DNA from: Alphaproteobacteria bacterium
GTDB taxonomy: Bacteria > Pseudomonadota > Alphaproteobacteria > JANQMY01
Direction: 5' to 3'
NCBI GenBank assembly: GCA_028289425.1
Contig: JANQPL010000009.1
Span: 324,961 to 388,960 of the forward strand
DNA: 64,000 bases
The notes under the pieces are model-generated. The model was not told where the DNA came from and did no database searches. It worked only from the letters and a program-made list of their open reading frames with translations. Shown here piece after piece: positions 29,434 through 39,385 of the stretch (its first letter is position 1; every line of letters begins with the position of its first letter). The translations under genes and the position numbers were made by a program.

Positions 29434-30075
29434 CTATTCGCCGGTATAGGCCGCAGCGGTTCGTACCGCCATTGCGCGCGCCGTCTCGGGATTCTCTCCG
29501 GCGGCGATGTGCGCCGCGCACCACCCGTCGGCGCTGTCATGCACAAAGGCCTTGCCGGCATCGGACCCCATCCACGCGTCATTGGCCTCCCCGTTGATCG
29601 CGTCGCCGCCGCTTTCAAGGTGAAGCGCCATGCCCAGAAACGATAGGTCCCAACCGACACCGGTCGCGCCCGGCCCAAACTGCTGCCAATGTTCTTCGCC
29701 CGCGTCGTCCTTCGGCATAATGTGTTCGAGCGTCAATCGGGTCCTGCGCCCGTCGGGTGCAAGCCTGATGGTGACCCAGCTCATATTGCCGCCGAATTCC
29801 CACGTCACGTCCAGCGCTTCCGGAACATCGCATCGGATGATCGTGCCGTCCGCGTTGCCTTCCAGTTGATAGCGGCCGCCCCGTTTTAGATCGCCGCTGA
29901 TGGGCAGGAACCATTTGGGAATCCTTTCGGGATTGGTCAGCGCGTCCCAAAGGTCGCGCCGGTCCGTATCGTAAATGCGGGTGGCGATGACCGCACGGGC
30001 CGGCTGCCCTTCGTGATCCCGGTCCGTCACTTCGCGCAATTCCGCCCCTCGGGCGCGGCTGTAATCCATGGCCAT
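29434..30075 (-). CDS. SRPBCC/AHSA1-domain protein
   Basis: The activator-of-Hsp90-ATPase-like fold motifs are present (PERIPKWF). Confidence 0.55.
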   Translation of the reverse strand: MAMDYSRARGAELREVTDRDHEGQPARAVIATRIYDTDRRDLWDALTNPERIPKWFLPISGDLKRGGRYQLEGNADGTIIRCDVPEALDVTWEFGGNMSWVTIRLAPDGRRTRLTLEHIMPKDDAGEEHWQQFGPGATGVGWDLSFLGMALHLESGGDAINGEANDAWMGSDAGKAFVHDSADGWCAAHIAAGENPETARAMAVRTAAAYTGE

Positions 30076-30177
30076 GGTGCATCTCCTAAGAAGAGCCTCA
30101 TCATACACAATTCTTCTCTCATTCCACTGGCCTCACCTTCTCCGCTATACTTGGCGAATCTCAAGGGGAGAAGGAGA

Positions 30178-30954
30178 ATGATAACAAAACGGCTTCTGGT
30201 GGGCGGCGCTGCGGGCCTGGTAGGCGCCGGCGCGTTGGGATGGGCCTATCGCAACGAATTCCTCCGTTGGCGGATTGCTTCGGCGCGGAATGTGGACGCT
30301 GTCGTCAGCGATGCGCTGCGGGCTGACGACGAGACGTGCATGCTCACACCGGTTCAAGATGAAGGCCCCTATTTCGTACGCGCGCCCGTGCGCAGCGATA
30401 TTCGCGAAGACCGTCAGGGCATTCCGCTCAAGCTTGCCTTGCGAATTGTCCGCGCCGACGGCTGCGCACCGTTGCCCAACGTGCTGGTGGAAATTTGGCA
30501 TTGCGACAATGCGGGCCGCTATAGTGCGTATCCGGAGGATATGAGCCGCTCGCCCTTCGATACATTCCGATTGGTGGGCTCGCGAGCTGTCGATGGCCAC
30601 GTACCGCCCTTCAACGACAAAACCTATTTGCGGGGCGCACAGGCAACGGATGAGAAAGGCTATGTGGGATTCCAGACCATCGTTCCCGGATGGTACGACC
30701 CGCGCATTCCCCACATTCATGTGAAGGTGTTTCGGGACGACGAGAGTTTGCTCACCACCCAGCTTTATTTTCCCGACGCGCTCACGTCCGAGATCTATAA
30801 AACCCATCCGGATTATGCGCCCTATGGCCCCTGCCCCTACACAACCATCAACGACACAGTGATCGGCATGTATCCCGATGCCAGCGGATTGTTGTTGCAG
30901 GCCGTACGGGGAGCCGATGGCATGACGGCATCGGCTCTTTTGGGCATTGCGTAG
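30178..30954 (+). CDS. intradiol ring-cleavage dioxygenase-like protein (secreted)
   Basis: A signal/TAT-like N-terminus is followed by the EGPYFV, VEIWHCDNAGRY and IPHIHVKV motifs of PF00775. AAGGAG RBS is 5 nt upstream of the ATG. Confidence 0.65.
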   Translation: MITKRLLVGGAAGLVGAGALGWAYRNEFLRWRIASARNVDAVVSDALRADDETCMLTPVQDEGPYFVRAPVRSDIREDRQGIPLKLALRIVRADGCAPLPNVLVEIWHCDNAGRYSAYPEDMSRSPFDTFRLVGSRAVDGHVPPFNDKTYLRGAQATDEKGYVGFQTIVPGWYDPRIPHIHVKVFRDDESLLTTQLYFPDALTSEIYKTHPDYAPYGPCPYTTINDTVIGMYPDASGLLLQAVRGADGMTASALLGIA

Positions 30955-30976
30955 CGCCCCGATGAGGAGATTGCAG

Positions 30977-32245
30977 ATGAAACGCTGGACCTTTGCTCTT
31001 ACAGTTTTCGTGGCCGCGCTCGCTACCAACAGTGTCGTTGCCGAGGAACCGGACGCCGATGCCGCCCTGCTTGAGAAAGCGCGTGCCATTCATGAAGCCG
31101 CGATTGTGATCGATGCCCATGCGGACATTGTGCTGCCCGGTCAACCGAACCGCTATGCGGGACCGGATGGGTTGTCGCAAGTGCATCCCAGCAAACTTGC
31201 CGGCGGCGGCGTCAATGCAGTGGTGATGGCGGCCGGCATCGGCTATGGACCGCGCACGCCGGAAGGCGATGCCGCCGCCCGTACCGTGATCAACGAAGAA
31301 TTGATTGCCGCACGCGCGCTTGCGGAAACCAATGCCCCAACCATGGCGATCGCCACGTCGGCGGGCGACATCAGCGCAGCGCATCAGGCCGGCAAGATTG
31401 CCATGATCCTCGGCTTTCAAAATGCGCGGGCACTCGAACGGGATTTGGATGTGCTCAATGACCTCTACAATGCCGGCGTGCGCGTGTTTGCGCTCAATCA
31501 TTTGGGACACAATGATTTCTCGGATTCATCGCGGCCTAACTTCAACGGCGACACGGGCGCTTACGAGGTGCAAGAAGAACATGGCGGACTTTCCGATTTA
31601 GGCAAGGCGGCCATCGCCCGGATCAACAAGCTGGGCGGCATTGTGGATGTGTCGCAGATGTCCAAGAACGCCACGCTGGAAACAATCGACCGTTCCAAAG
31701 CGCCGGTGATTGCGAGCCATTCGAACGTCCGTACCCTGTCCAATGTAACCCGCAATTTATCCGATGAAGAGATTGACCGGATTGGGGAAACCGGCGGCGT
31801 CATTCATGTGGCGGTGTTCAGCGCCTATTTGGTGGATCTGTCGGACCCGGAGCTCTTGGCACGGATCAAACAGGTGCGGCTCGATGCGGGGCTGCCGGAG
31901 GCTTACTCCTATCCCTTCGAGCTCTATTGGGAGATCGATGATGAGAACGACCGCAATGCCTTCCTGATGGCCATGCGAGATACCATCGGGCGCAGCAGTG
32001 TCGACCGGCTCATCGACCATATCGACTATATCGTCCAGCGCATTGGAATCGACCATGTGGGTGTGGGCTCTGACTTTAATCATGGCGGCGGCATTGACGG
32101 GTTCGCCGACGCCAGTGAGGCCTTCAACCTGACCCTGGGATTGGTGCGGCGGGGTTATGGGGGCGACGACATTGAAAAGATTTGGGGCGGCAATTTCCTG
32201 CGCGTGTTCAGCGAGGCGGAGCGCGTGGCCAAAAGTCTGAATTAA
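30977..32245 (+). CDS. membrane dipeptidase (peptidase M19)
   Basis: A signal peptide precedes the IVIDAHADIV zinc motif and the HxxxFSDS region. GAGGAG RBS precedes ATG 30977. Confidence 0.7.
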   Translation: MKRWTFALTVFVAALATNSVVAEEPDADAALLEKARAIHEAAIVIDAHADIVLPGQPNRYAGPDGLSQVHPSKLAGGGVNAVVMAAGIGYGPRTPEGDAAARTVINEELIAARALAETNAPTMAIATSAGDISAAHQAGKIAMILGFQNARALERDLDVLNDLYNAGVRVFALNHLGHNDFSDSSRPNFNGDTGAYEVQEEHGGLSDLGKAAIARINKLGGIVDVSQMSKNATLETIDRSKAPVIASHSNVRTLSNVTRNLSDEEIDRIGETGGVIHVAVFSAYLVDLSDPELLARIKQVRLDAGLPEAYSYPFELYWEIDDENDRNAFLMAMRDTIGRSSVDRLIDHIDYIVQRIGIDHVGVGSDFNHGGGIDGFADASEAFNLTLGLVRRGYGGDDIEKIWGGNFLRVFSEAERVAKSLN

Positions 32246-32251
32246 TCCCCC

Positions 32252-32737
32252 ATGCACATTACGGCCTTGTCGGAATCGGAATGGCGTCGCGCCAAAGCCA
32301 TCCGTCTGCGCGCCTTGACGGACACGCCCGATGCCTTTGGATCAACCTCGGCGGAAGAACAGGATCAGCCGGAAGCCTTTTGGCGGGCACGTCTTGCCGC
32401 AACGGACCGGGTGACCTTCATCGCCACTCTAGATGGCGAAGATGTGGGGCTCGCCGTATGCGCGCCGTTCGATGGACTCGAGTGCACTGCCGGGCTCTTT
32501 TCCATGTGGACCGCGCCGGACGCCCGCGGCAAGGGCATCGGCACCGCATTGGTGTGGGCGATCGTTAACTGGGCGCGTGACCGTAAGTTCGAGCAGCTTG
32601 TCCTTGATGTGGCGGATAATAATGCACCGGCCATCGCGTTATATGAGAAATGCGGCTTCGTGCCCACGGGCAAGGTGGGCACCTTGCCCCCACCCCGGAC
32701 GCACATCACGGAACACCGGCGCGCCTTACCGCTTTAG
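32252..32737 (+). CDS. GNAT family N-acetyltransferase
   Basis: 161 aa with an acetyl-CoA-binding motif (RGKGIGTALV). Confidence 0.65.
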   Translation: MHITALSESEWRRAKAIRLRALTDTPDAFGSTSAEEQDQPEAFWRARLAATDRVTFIATLDGEDVGLAVCAPFDGLECTAGLFSMWTAPDARGKGIGTALVWAIVNWARDRKFEQLVLDVADNNAPAIALYEKCGFVPTGKVGTLPPPRTHITEHRRALPL

Positions 32738-32755
32738 CCGTTCCTCAAAACCAGC

Positions 32756-33370
32756 CTATGCGTCGAAGCGGAACGCCTTCTGCAAGGCGGGCCGAGCTTT
32801 CAGCCGCTCCACATAGCCGTTCAGGTTCGGCATGGTCTCGCCCACATGGCCCATGCGATGGGACATGAGGATCGAGTGTCCCAGCATGATATCCGCACCG
32901 GAAAAATTACCGATCAGATAGTCGCGGCCCGCAATGGCTCTTTCGACCGGTTCCAGCGAACGCACCAACAGGCGCTCCGCTTGACCGCGAACGGTGGCGT
33001 CCTGACGATCCGGCGGCAGCAGAAGCGTATGCACCACAATCGTATTGATCGGCGGCATCACCATGCCTTCGCAATAGTGAAACCATTGCAGATATTCCGG
33101 AAACTCCGGCGCATCCACGGCGGGTTTCAGGCCGCCATTCTTGTGCCGTTCCAATATGTAATCGGTAATGGCGCCGCTTTCCCAAATGGTAATGTCGCCG
33201 TCTTCCAGCACCGGCACGCGGCCGAGCGGATGACGGGCCCGATGTTCATCGGATTTCAGATCCTTCGGACTGAACGCCATTTGGTTCAATTCATAAGGCA
33301 ATTCCAGCTCTTCAAGCAGCCAGAGAATACGTACCGCGCGCGAATTGGGGGCAAAGTGTAGTTTGAGCAT
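32756..33370 (-). CDS. glutathione S-transferase
   Basis: N-terminal thioredoxin-like GST domain (RVPVLEDGD ... ESGAI). Confidence 0.75.
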   Translation of the reverse strand: MLKLHFAPNSRAVRILWLLEELELPYELNQMAFSPKDLKSDEHRARHPLGRVPVLEDGDITIWESGAITDYILERHKNGGLKPAVDAPEFPEYLQWFHYCEGMVMPPINTIVVHTLLLPPDRQDATVRGQAERLLVRSLEPVERAIAGRDYLIGNFSGADIMLGHSILMSHRMGHVGETMPNLNGYVERLKARPALQKAFRFDA

Positions 33371-33531
33371 CCTGTTCCTCCGGTCATGTTGGGGCGAGAG
33401 CCAGCTTAGTCTTATAACAGAACTTTTGTTGGCTTACCGGTACAGAGTTTCCCTTACGGCAAGCAAGCCCTAAATTGGCACGGCGCCAAGTGCAAGCGAT
33501 CGGTTTCCTACGTATACAGACGTCTTTTGGG

Positions 33532-33951
33532 TTACGTCTGGTCGGAGCCCGGCACGGCGCGGATCAGCATGACCGTGACGATGATCGCGACAAACGCGAC
33601 GATGTAAGCGGGCATAAACGCCAAGAACCCGAAAATGTCGCCCTCGCCAAACCGGCTGCCCGCTACAGACAATCCGCGGTTGGGGGCCATCACCCCAAAG
33701 AGATAGAACGCGGCGTTGCCGTAGACGACCGCTACAAGTCCCACCGAGGTCCACCGAATGAGGCGATCTGTAAGCGCCAAATAGGGCAGGACCAGCGCAT
33801 AAATAATGGCCAGAAGCCCGTTCAAGATGTTGCCCGTGTGGACGGCGCGCCATTTGGCCGGGTCGCCCGGGATCTCAATCTGTATCGACCAAGGCAGCGG
33901 CAGGGGCGCGATCTCCTTGAGCAAACTGAAGGTGAAAAAGAACCCGCCCAA
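33532..33951 (-). CDS. small integral membrane protein, function unknown
   Basis: Four predicted transmembrane helices and a TTG start. An upstream out-of-frame ATG-initiated segment suggests a possible frameshift. Confidence 0.3.
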   Translation of the reverse strand: MGGFFFTFSLLKEIAPLPLPWSIQIEIPGDPAKWRAVHTGNILNGLLAIIYALVLPYLALTDRLIRWTSVGLVAVVYGNAAFYLFGVMAPNRGLSVAGSRFGEGDIFGFLAFMPAYIVAFVAIIVTVMLIRAVPGSDQT

Positions 33952-34187
33952 AAAGGCCTATCAAGATGACGATAGGCCCATGGCGGATCATGAGCCGCTG
34001 TGCTTGAGCGAGCATGTGGTTCGTCCCCAATCGCTCGTCTTGTTCTGCTAGTCACTCTACGCTTTTTGAGAAGCGGTCGCGCAAATTTGCACCCGCGCCC
34101 CGGGGCGCTACAATTGCGTACAAGCCCGCCATTCCTTATGTGATGAGGCAATTGGGAAACGAAGCTTGCGCCAAAAGGAGCCGAAGA

Positions 34188-35081
34188 ATGAACGATGCCC
34201 CCACCTACACGCCGCCCAAAGTCTGGACCTGGGAACAGGAAAGCGGCGGGCGATTTGCCAACATCAATCGGCCCATAGCAGGCCCCACTCACGACAAAGA
34301 GCTGCCCGTGGGCAAGCATCCCCTGCAGCTTCACTCTCTGGCCACCCCTAACGGCGTCAAGGTGACCGTGATGCTGGAAGAGCTTTTGGCGCTGGGACAT
34401 GAGGGGGCGGAATACGATGCTTATATGATCAATATCGGTCAAGGCGATCAGTTCGGCAGTGGCTTCGTGGACATCAATCCGAATTCAAAAATCCCGGCAC
34501 TGCTGGACCGCTCCACCAAGCCAAAGCCGACGCGCGTTTTTGAGTCCGCGGCCATCCTATTGTACCTAGCCGAAAAATTCGGGGAGTTCGTGCCGAAGGA
34601 TCCAAGCCTGCGGGCCGAGTGTTATTCCTGGCTCATGTGGCAAATGGGCAGCGCGCCGTATCTTGGCGGCGGCTTTGGCCATTTCTACGCTTATGCGCCG
34701 GAAAAATGGCAATACCCCATTGACCGCTACACCATGGAAGTGAAACGGCAGTTGGATGTGCTGGACCGCCACTTGGCGGACAATCAGTACTTCGCCGGCA
34801 AGGAATATACCATCGCCGACATGGCCATTTGGCCGTGGTATGGCGCCTTGGTGAAAGGCACGCTTTATGAAGCGGGCGAGTTCTTGGATGTGCAATCCTA
34901 CAAGCATGTTAATCGGTGGACGGATGAAGTCGCCGAACGCGAGCCTGTTAAACGCGGCCGCATGGTGAACCGCGCTTGGGGTAAGCCCGAAAGCCAATTG
35001 CGCGAACGCCACGACGCCAGCGACTTCGAACTGCGCACGCAGGACAAGCTGGAACCGGAAGAAACAGAAGAAGCAAGCTAA
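34188..35081 (+). CDS. glutathione S-transferase, YghU-like (Nu-class)
   Basis: An N-terminal extension (TYTPPKVWTW), the size and the motifs match YghU/YfcG-type GSTs. AAGGAG RBS. Confidence 0.7.
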   Translation: MNDAPTYTPPKVWTWEQESGGRFANINRPIAGPTHDKELPVGKHPLQLHSLATPNGVKVTVMLEELLALGHEGAEYDAYMINIGQGDQFGSGFVDINPNSKIPALLDRSTKPKPTRVFESAAILLYLAEKFGEFVPKDPSLRAECYSWLMWQMGSAPYLGGGFGHFYAYAPEKWQYPIDRYTMEVKRQLDVLDRHLADNQYFAGKEYTIADMAIWPWYGALVKGTLYEAGEFLDVQSYKHVNRWTDEVAEREPVKRGRMVNRAWGKPESQLRERHDASDFELRTQDKLEPEETEEAS

Positions 35082-35205
35082 CCGCCGTCATTGCGAGAGG
35101 CGGCGAAGCTTTGGCTTCGCGCAGGCAGGTCGCTCCGCTCCTCGCGATGACGCCCTATGGTCTTCTGCACACAAAAACAGAAACTTCATTCACGGGAGGA
35201 AACCC

Positions 35206-36042
35206 ATGAAGATCGGCGCGTTTATTTTCGACACGGACTATTCCATTGACATCGCGGAACTGGCGCAAGAGATGGAGCAACGCGGCTATGAGGCCCTTCT
35301 TGTGCCAGAACACACGCACATCCCCGCAAGCCGCCAGTCCCCCTGGCCGGGCGGCGGCGACTTGCCTCAAGAGTATTGGCACACCTATGACCCGTTCGTA
35401 TCTCTGTCCTTCGCTGCAGCCGCCACCAAGAACCTAAAAGTGGGGACGGGCATTTGCCTGCTGCCGCAGCGGGATACGTTGGTTACGGCCAAGCTGGCCG
35501 CGAGCCTTGACCGCATGTCGAACGGGCGCTTTTTGTTCGGCGTCGGTGCCGGCTGGAACCGGGAAGAGCTGGAACATCATGGGCAGACCTTCGCGTCGCG
35601 CTTTAAGCGCCTCGAGGAACAACTGCAGGCCATGAAAGGCCTGTGGTCCGAGGACGAGTTCGGTTTCAAGGGTGATTTTGTACAGTTCACACCCAGCTGG
35701 TCTTTCCCGAAGCCAATTCAGCAGCCGGGCCCGCCGATGATCTTAGGCGGCGAAAGCGACCACACCCTCAAGCGCATCATGAAATATGCCGATGGCTGGC
35801 TGCCCCGTGGCCGCGGCGGTCTGGATATGGCGAAGGAAATGGCGCGCTTCAAGCAACATGCCGACGAGGCCGGCCGAGACATCAACGATCTTACGGTCAG
35901 TCTGTTTGGCGCCGCGCCTAAGCCGGAAGCCCTTGACGGCTATCGTGAAGCAGGATTGACACGGGCGCTTCTGCCCTTGCTCTCCGAAGACCGGGACAAG
36001 GTTTTGCAGCGGCTCGATAAGTACCAGCCGCTTCTTCAATAG
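35206..36042 (+). CDS. LLM-class F420/flavin-dependent oxidoreductase (luciferase-like)
   Basis: TIM-barrel luciferase-like motifs (FGVGAGW). Confidence 0.7.
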   Translation: MKIGAFIFDTDYSIDIAELAQEMEQRGYEALLVPEHTHIPASRQSPWPGGGDLPQEYWHTYDPFVSLSFAAAATKNLKVGTGICLLPQRDTLVTAKLAASLDRMSNGRFLFGVGAGWNREELEHHGQTFASRFKRLEEQLQAMKGLWSEDEFGFKGDFVQFTPSWSFPKPIQQPGPPMILGGESDHTLKRIMKYADGWLPRGRGGLDMAKEMARFKQHADEAGRDINDLTVSLFGAAPKPEALDGYREAGLTRALLPLLSEDRDKVLQRLDKYQPLLQ

Positions 36043-36062
36043 GAAATGGCCGGCCCCTACCG

Positions 36063-37769
36063 TCAGTGCGTTGCCGTTTCTGTCTGCGGCGCCGAGCCCA
36101 CGGCGGTGGAGGCAGCACTACTCAATTGGGTCGCAGCCTCAGCAGAAGGCAGGCGTGCCGCGATGTGTCCATCGGGCCGCACCAGCAGCACGTCGTCTCC
36201 GGAAAATAGATCCGTAAACTGATCTTCTGCTGGTTTGATGGCGCTGTCCGGACTGATCGGAATTAAGCTAACAGGAAATCCTTGATCCTTGAGCTCACCG
36301 ATCTGAACTGTCAGGGCCGCGTCCGCATTCGTGAAAGTCAACACAAGGAAGCGATCACCGGTCACCAAATCCAAGGTGGACAGGCGCTCCTCACCCCGCT
36401 GCAGCCAGCAATGGGGCAACCGCGCACCTGGCGTTGTTGAGGGCACGTATTGTGAAACGGGATGATCCGGCGTTGGCGGTGCCCCATCGTTCACAATCGC
36501 GGGCGATTCATAACAGACACCGAGATCCAGCCCAGCCATGTTGAAATGCGCCGCCTGGCGGTCAATGGCCGTTTGCACGGCAGCTTGTCGGTTGGGATCT
36601 GCGAGCACTGTGTCAAAATCGGGCATGCTTGGCACCCCGTCACCATCAACATCCAGCGCCTGCGCCACTTCCACCATATTACGAAAGTTTTGATGGCTTT
36701 GGCCGGAATTGGCCACGGCCGACGGACGTCGCTCTGTCTCATAGGTGTCGAGCAAAGCGGGGTCATGCCCCTTCAGCACCATCGCGATCTTCCAGGTGAG
36801 GTTGTGGGCATCTTGGAAACCGGTGTTCATACCGATGCCGCCTGTTGGCGGAAAGCGATGGGCCGCATCGCCGACCAAAAAGACGCCGTCCTTTTGATAG
36901 GCACTCGATACTTGCGCCGTCATCACCCAGGTATTGATACTTTGAATATCTGCCTTCACATCGGCGCCGATCGCCTTCCGCAGAAGGGCCGCATACTCAA
37001 CCTCATCTAAGCGTTCCGGCGGTTGCTCCGTATCCAGTGTTTTCATGAAGATCCAATTGCTGTCGATATCGTGGGCAATGAAGACACCTAGGCAGTCGGG
37101 GTCCATCACCCAAAACAACAACCCTTCCCGGTCCTTCAGATGTTCGCGAAGGTTCGCGTGAAAGTGGACGTTCACATAGCTTTGGATATGGTGCGGTCCT
37201 TCCATCTCGGCACCGATGGCGGCGCGCACACGGCTGCCGGCACCGTCGGCACCGATAACAAAGCGAGACTGAATATTGATCGTTGAGCCATCACGCCGCT
37301 CAATACGCGACACATATCCATTTTCGTTTTGTTCCAAGGCCGTCCAACTGTGATTGAAGAGAAGTGGCATTTGATCGGACAGATGGCCCGCCAGCACGCC
37401 TTCGAACTGATCTTGGCTTAGATTGCAGGTGGGCGTGGGGGTTTGCGCGAACATGCGCATGACCGCCGCTGGATCATTCGCCATCGAATAGACCCCCAAA
37501 TCCCGCCCAACGAGGTGATCCACCCAACGGATGTTGACAGTGTCCATCGGGTCAGGGCCCAGCGAGCGGATCTCGTTGTCATCAATGCCGAGAGAACGGC
37601 AAATTTCCATGGTCCGGCTTGAGATCACATGGGCTTGCGGTGCTTGATGGAGGCCGCTTCGTCGCTCGACGATGGCGCAATCGACCCCCAGTTTCTCGAA
37701 CATCAAAGCGGCGGCAAGGCCCACGGGACCGGCACCCACGATCAAAACATCCGTCTGCTGATCGGTCAT
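36063..37769 (-). CDS. FAD-dependent aromatic-ring hydroxylase (PheA/TfdB-like monooxygenase)
   Basis: Carries the VLIVGAGPVGL, DG and GD FAD motifs plus a C-terminal thioredoxin-like dimerisation region. Confidence 0.75.
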   Translation of the reverse strand: MTDQQTDVLIVGAGPVGLAAALMFEKLGVDCAIVERRSGLHQAPQAHVISSRTMEICRSLGIDDNEIRSLGPDPMDTVNIRWVDHLVGRDLGVYSMANDPAAVMRMFAQTPTPTCNLSQDQFEGVLAGHLSDQMPLLFNHSWTALEQNENGYVSRIERRDGSTINIQSRFVIGADGAGSRVRAAIGAEMEGPHHIQSYVNVHFHANLREHLKDREGLLFWVMDPDCLGVFIAHDIDSNWIFMKTLDTEQPPERLDEVEYAALLRKAIGADVKADIQSINTWVMTAQVSSAYQKDGVFLVGDAAHRFPPTGGIGMNTGFQDAHNLTWKIAMVLKGHDPALLDTYETERRPSAVANSGQSHQNFRNMVEVAQALDVDGDGVPSMPDFDTVLADPNRQAAVQTAIDRQAAHFNMAGLDLGVCYESPAIVNDGAPPTPDHPVSQYVPSTTPGARLPHCWLQRGEERLSTLDLVTGDRFLVLTFTNADAALTVQIGELKDQGFPVSLIPISPDSAIKPAEDQFTDLFSGDDVLLVRPDGHIAARLPSAEAATQLSSAASTAVGSAPQTETATH

Positions 37770-38629
37770 AGTTTCTGCTCCACCACGGGATTGGACAATG
37801 TGCCGATGCCGGCCACCTCAATGTCGACCACATCGCCATCTTGTAAGAAGCTTGGCGGGTTGCGAAGGGCTCCCGCCCCTTCGGCGGATCCGGTGACGAT
37901 CACGTCGCCAGGTTCGAGCCAGGTCACCTCCGAGATGTGGGAAATGAGGTCGGCGAAGGAAAAAATGAGATCGTCGATCTTCATGTTCTGGCGCACTTCT
38001 CCGTTCACGCGGGTTTGCAACACCAGATCGCTCATGGAGACTTCATCGGTCGTCACCATCCACGGTCCAAACCCGCCGCTGTGGTAGCCATTCTTGCCGG
38101 TCGTCACTTGATGACTGCGGATCTGGTATTGGCGCGCCGACCCATCATTAAAGCAGCTGTAGCCCGCGATATGCTTCGGCGCGTCTTCAACGGAGACATT
38201 GCGGCAGCGCTTGCCGATGATGACGGCAATCTCGCCTTCGTAATCGAAATTGGGTTCCAGCGCCGGCCTCTCCATGGGTTGGCCATGCCCCACCAATGTG
38301 TGTTGCGAGCGCAAAAAGAACATGGGCACCTTGGGCAGCTCGCCAAACTTCATGCGGTCTTTGGCTTCGTGATAATGGCTGTGGGTGTTCAGTCCTGCAC
38401 ACCAAATCGCCCCGGAATTGGGGATAACCGGAAGCCATTCCACATCCGCCAATGAATGATCAGCGGGTGTTGAGTCAGCAATGTCGCGAGCACCATCAAA
38501 ACCGTTTGCGATCAAGTGGCGCACGGTCGGCGCTTCAGCGCCCAGCCGCCCGCCAAGATCAATAATGCCGTTATGAGTCACCACCCCGTAAGAGGGCTTC
38601 TTGTCGAACGTATAACTCGCCAATTTCAT
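37766..38629 (-). CDS. fumarylacetoacetate hydrolase (FAH) family protein
   Basis: FAH fold motifs are present. It is translationally coupled (4-nt overlap) to the upstream monooxygenase. Confidence 0.75.
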   Translation of the reverse strand: MKLASYTFDKKPSYGVVTHNGIIDLGGRLGAEAPTVRHLIANGFDGARDIADSTPADHSLADVEWLPVIPNSGAIWCAGLNTHSHYHEAKDRMKFGELPKVPMFFLRSQHTLVGHGQPMERPALEPNFDYEGEIAVIIGKRCRNVSVEDAPKHIAGYSCFNDGSARQYQIRSHQVTTGKNGYHSGGFGPWMVTTDEVSMSDLVLQTRVNGEVRQNMKIDDLIFSFADLISHISEVTWLEPGDVIVTGSAEGAGALRNPPSFLQDGDVVDIEVAGIGTLSNPVVEQKL

Positions 38630-38651
38630 TGGTCGTCTCCTTTAGCGCGGA

Positions 38652-39326
38652 CTAGTCGGCAATTGTCAAAAGCTTGGCGATTGTGTCGGCCTGTGCGTCA
38701 ATCATGGCTTCACTCAAGGCATCTTCGCCGGTGAGGAGATCGCACTCTGTCGCCATGGAAAAAATCGACGCGCTGCCCACCAACAAGTAGTAAAAATTGG
38801 TAAGCGGAATATCCGGTATCATGTGGCGCTTTCGTCCATCGTCGAATAAATCAGCGACAGTTTCATAGAATTCGCGGGTATACTGATCGACTAACCATTT
38901 GAGACGCCAGCTATTGCCGCGCCCTTCGTCAAACATGATGCGCGCAAATTCGGGCACGGCGGCGCTGGCCCGCACATAGCGACGGATCAAAAAACGGACC
39001 CTCTCGCCGGGCTCAATATCCTTTGACTGCGTGAAGGCTGGACCTAAAAAACCACGCATCCGCTCATAGACCCGTTCGGTGCAGGCCTTCCAAAATTCTT
39101 CCTTGCTGCCGAAGTGGTAGGTCATGAGGTTTCGCTGAACACCCGCTTGCGTCTCGATCTGCCTCGTGCTGGTGCCCTCGTACCCTTGCTGAGAAAAGAG
39201 CGCGATGCCGGCCTCGAGCAGCTGATCCCGTGTTTTCTCCGTCTTTTCGCTTTTTGGACTGGCGATTTCTGCTGCGGCTTGCCGGATCATTGGGAACGGG
39301 CCTTTCACGTATTTGACAATTGTCAT
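38652..39326 (-). CDS. TetR family transcriptional regulator
   Basis: HTH (TSTRQIETQAGVQRNLMTYHF). Confidence 0.7.
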   Translation of the reverse strand: MTIVKYVKGPFPMIRQAAAEIASPKSEKTEKTRDQLLEAGIALFSQQGYEGTSTRQIETQAGVQRNLMTYHFGSKEEFWKACTERVYERMRGFLGPAFTQSKDIEPGERVRFLIRRYVRASAAVPEFARIMFDEGRGNSWRLKWLVDQYTREFYETVADLFDDGRKRHMIPDIPLTNFYYLLVGSASIFSMATECDLLTGEDALSEAMIDAQADTIAKLLTIAD

Positions 39327-39385
39327 AATTTAGTTTACTTGTTTTGACAAGTGACAAATTTCATTTTTCAGGGAAAGGACACGCC

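Noticed and set aside
33371-33531. Hairpin CAGACGT-CTTTTGGGTT-ACGTCTG downstream of the membrane-protein gene
   Set aside because: It is probably a simple intrinsic terminator. No repeat copies or other structure suggest anything more.
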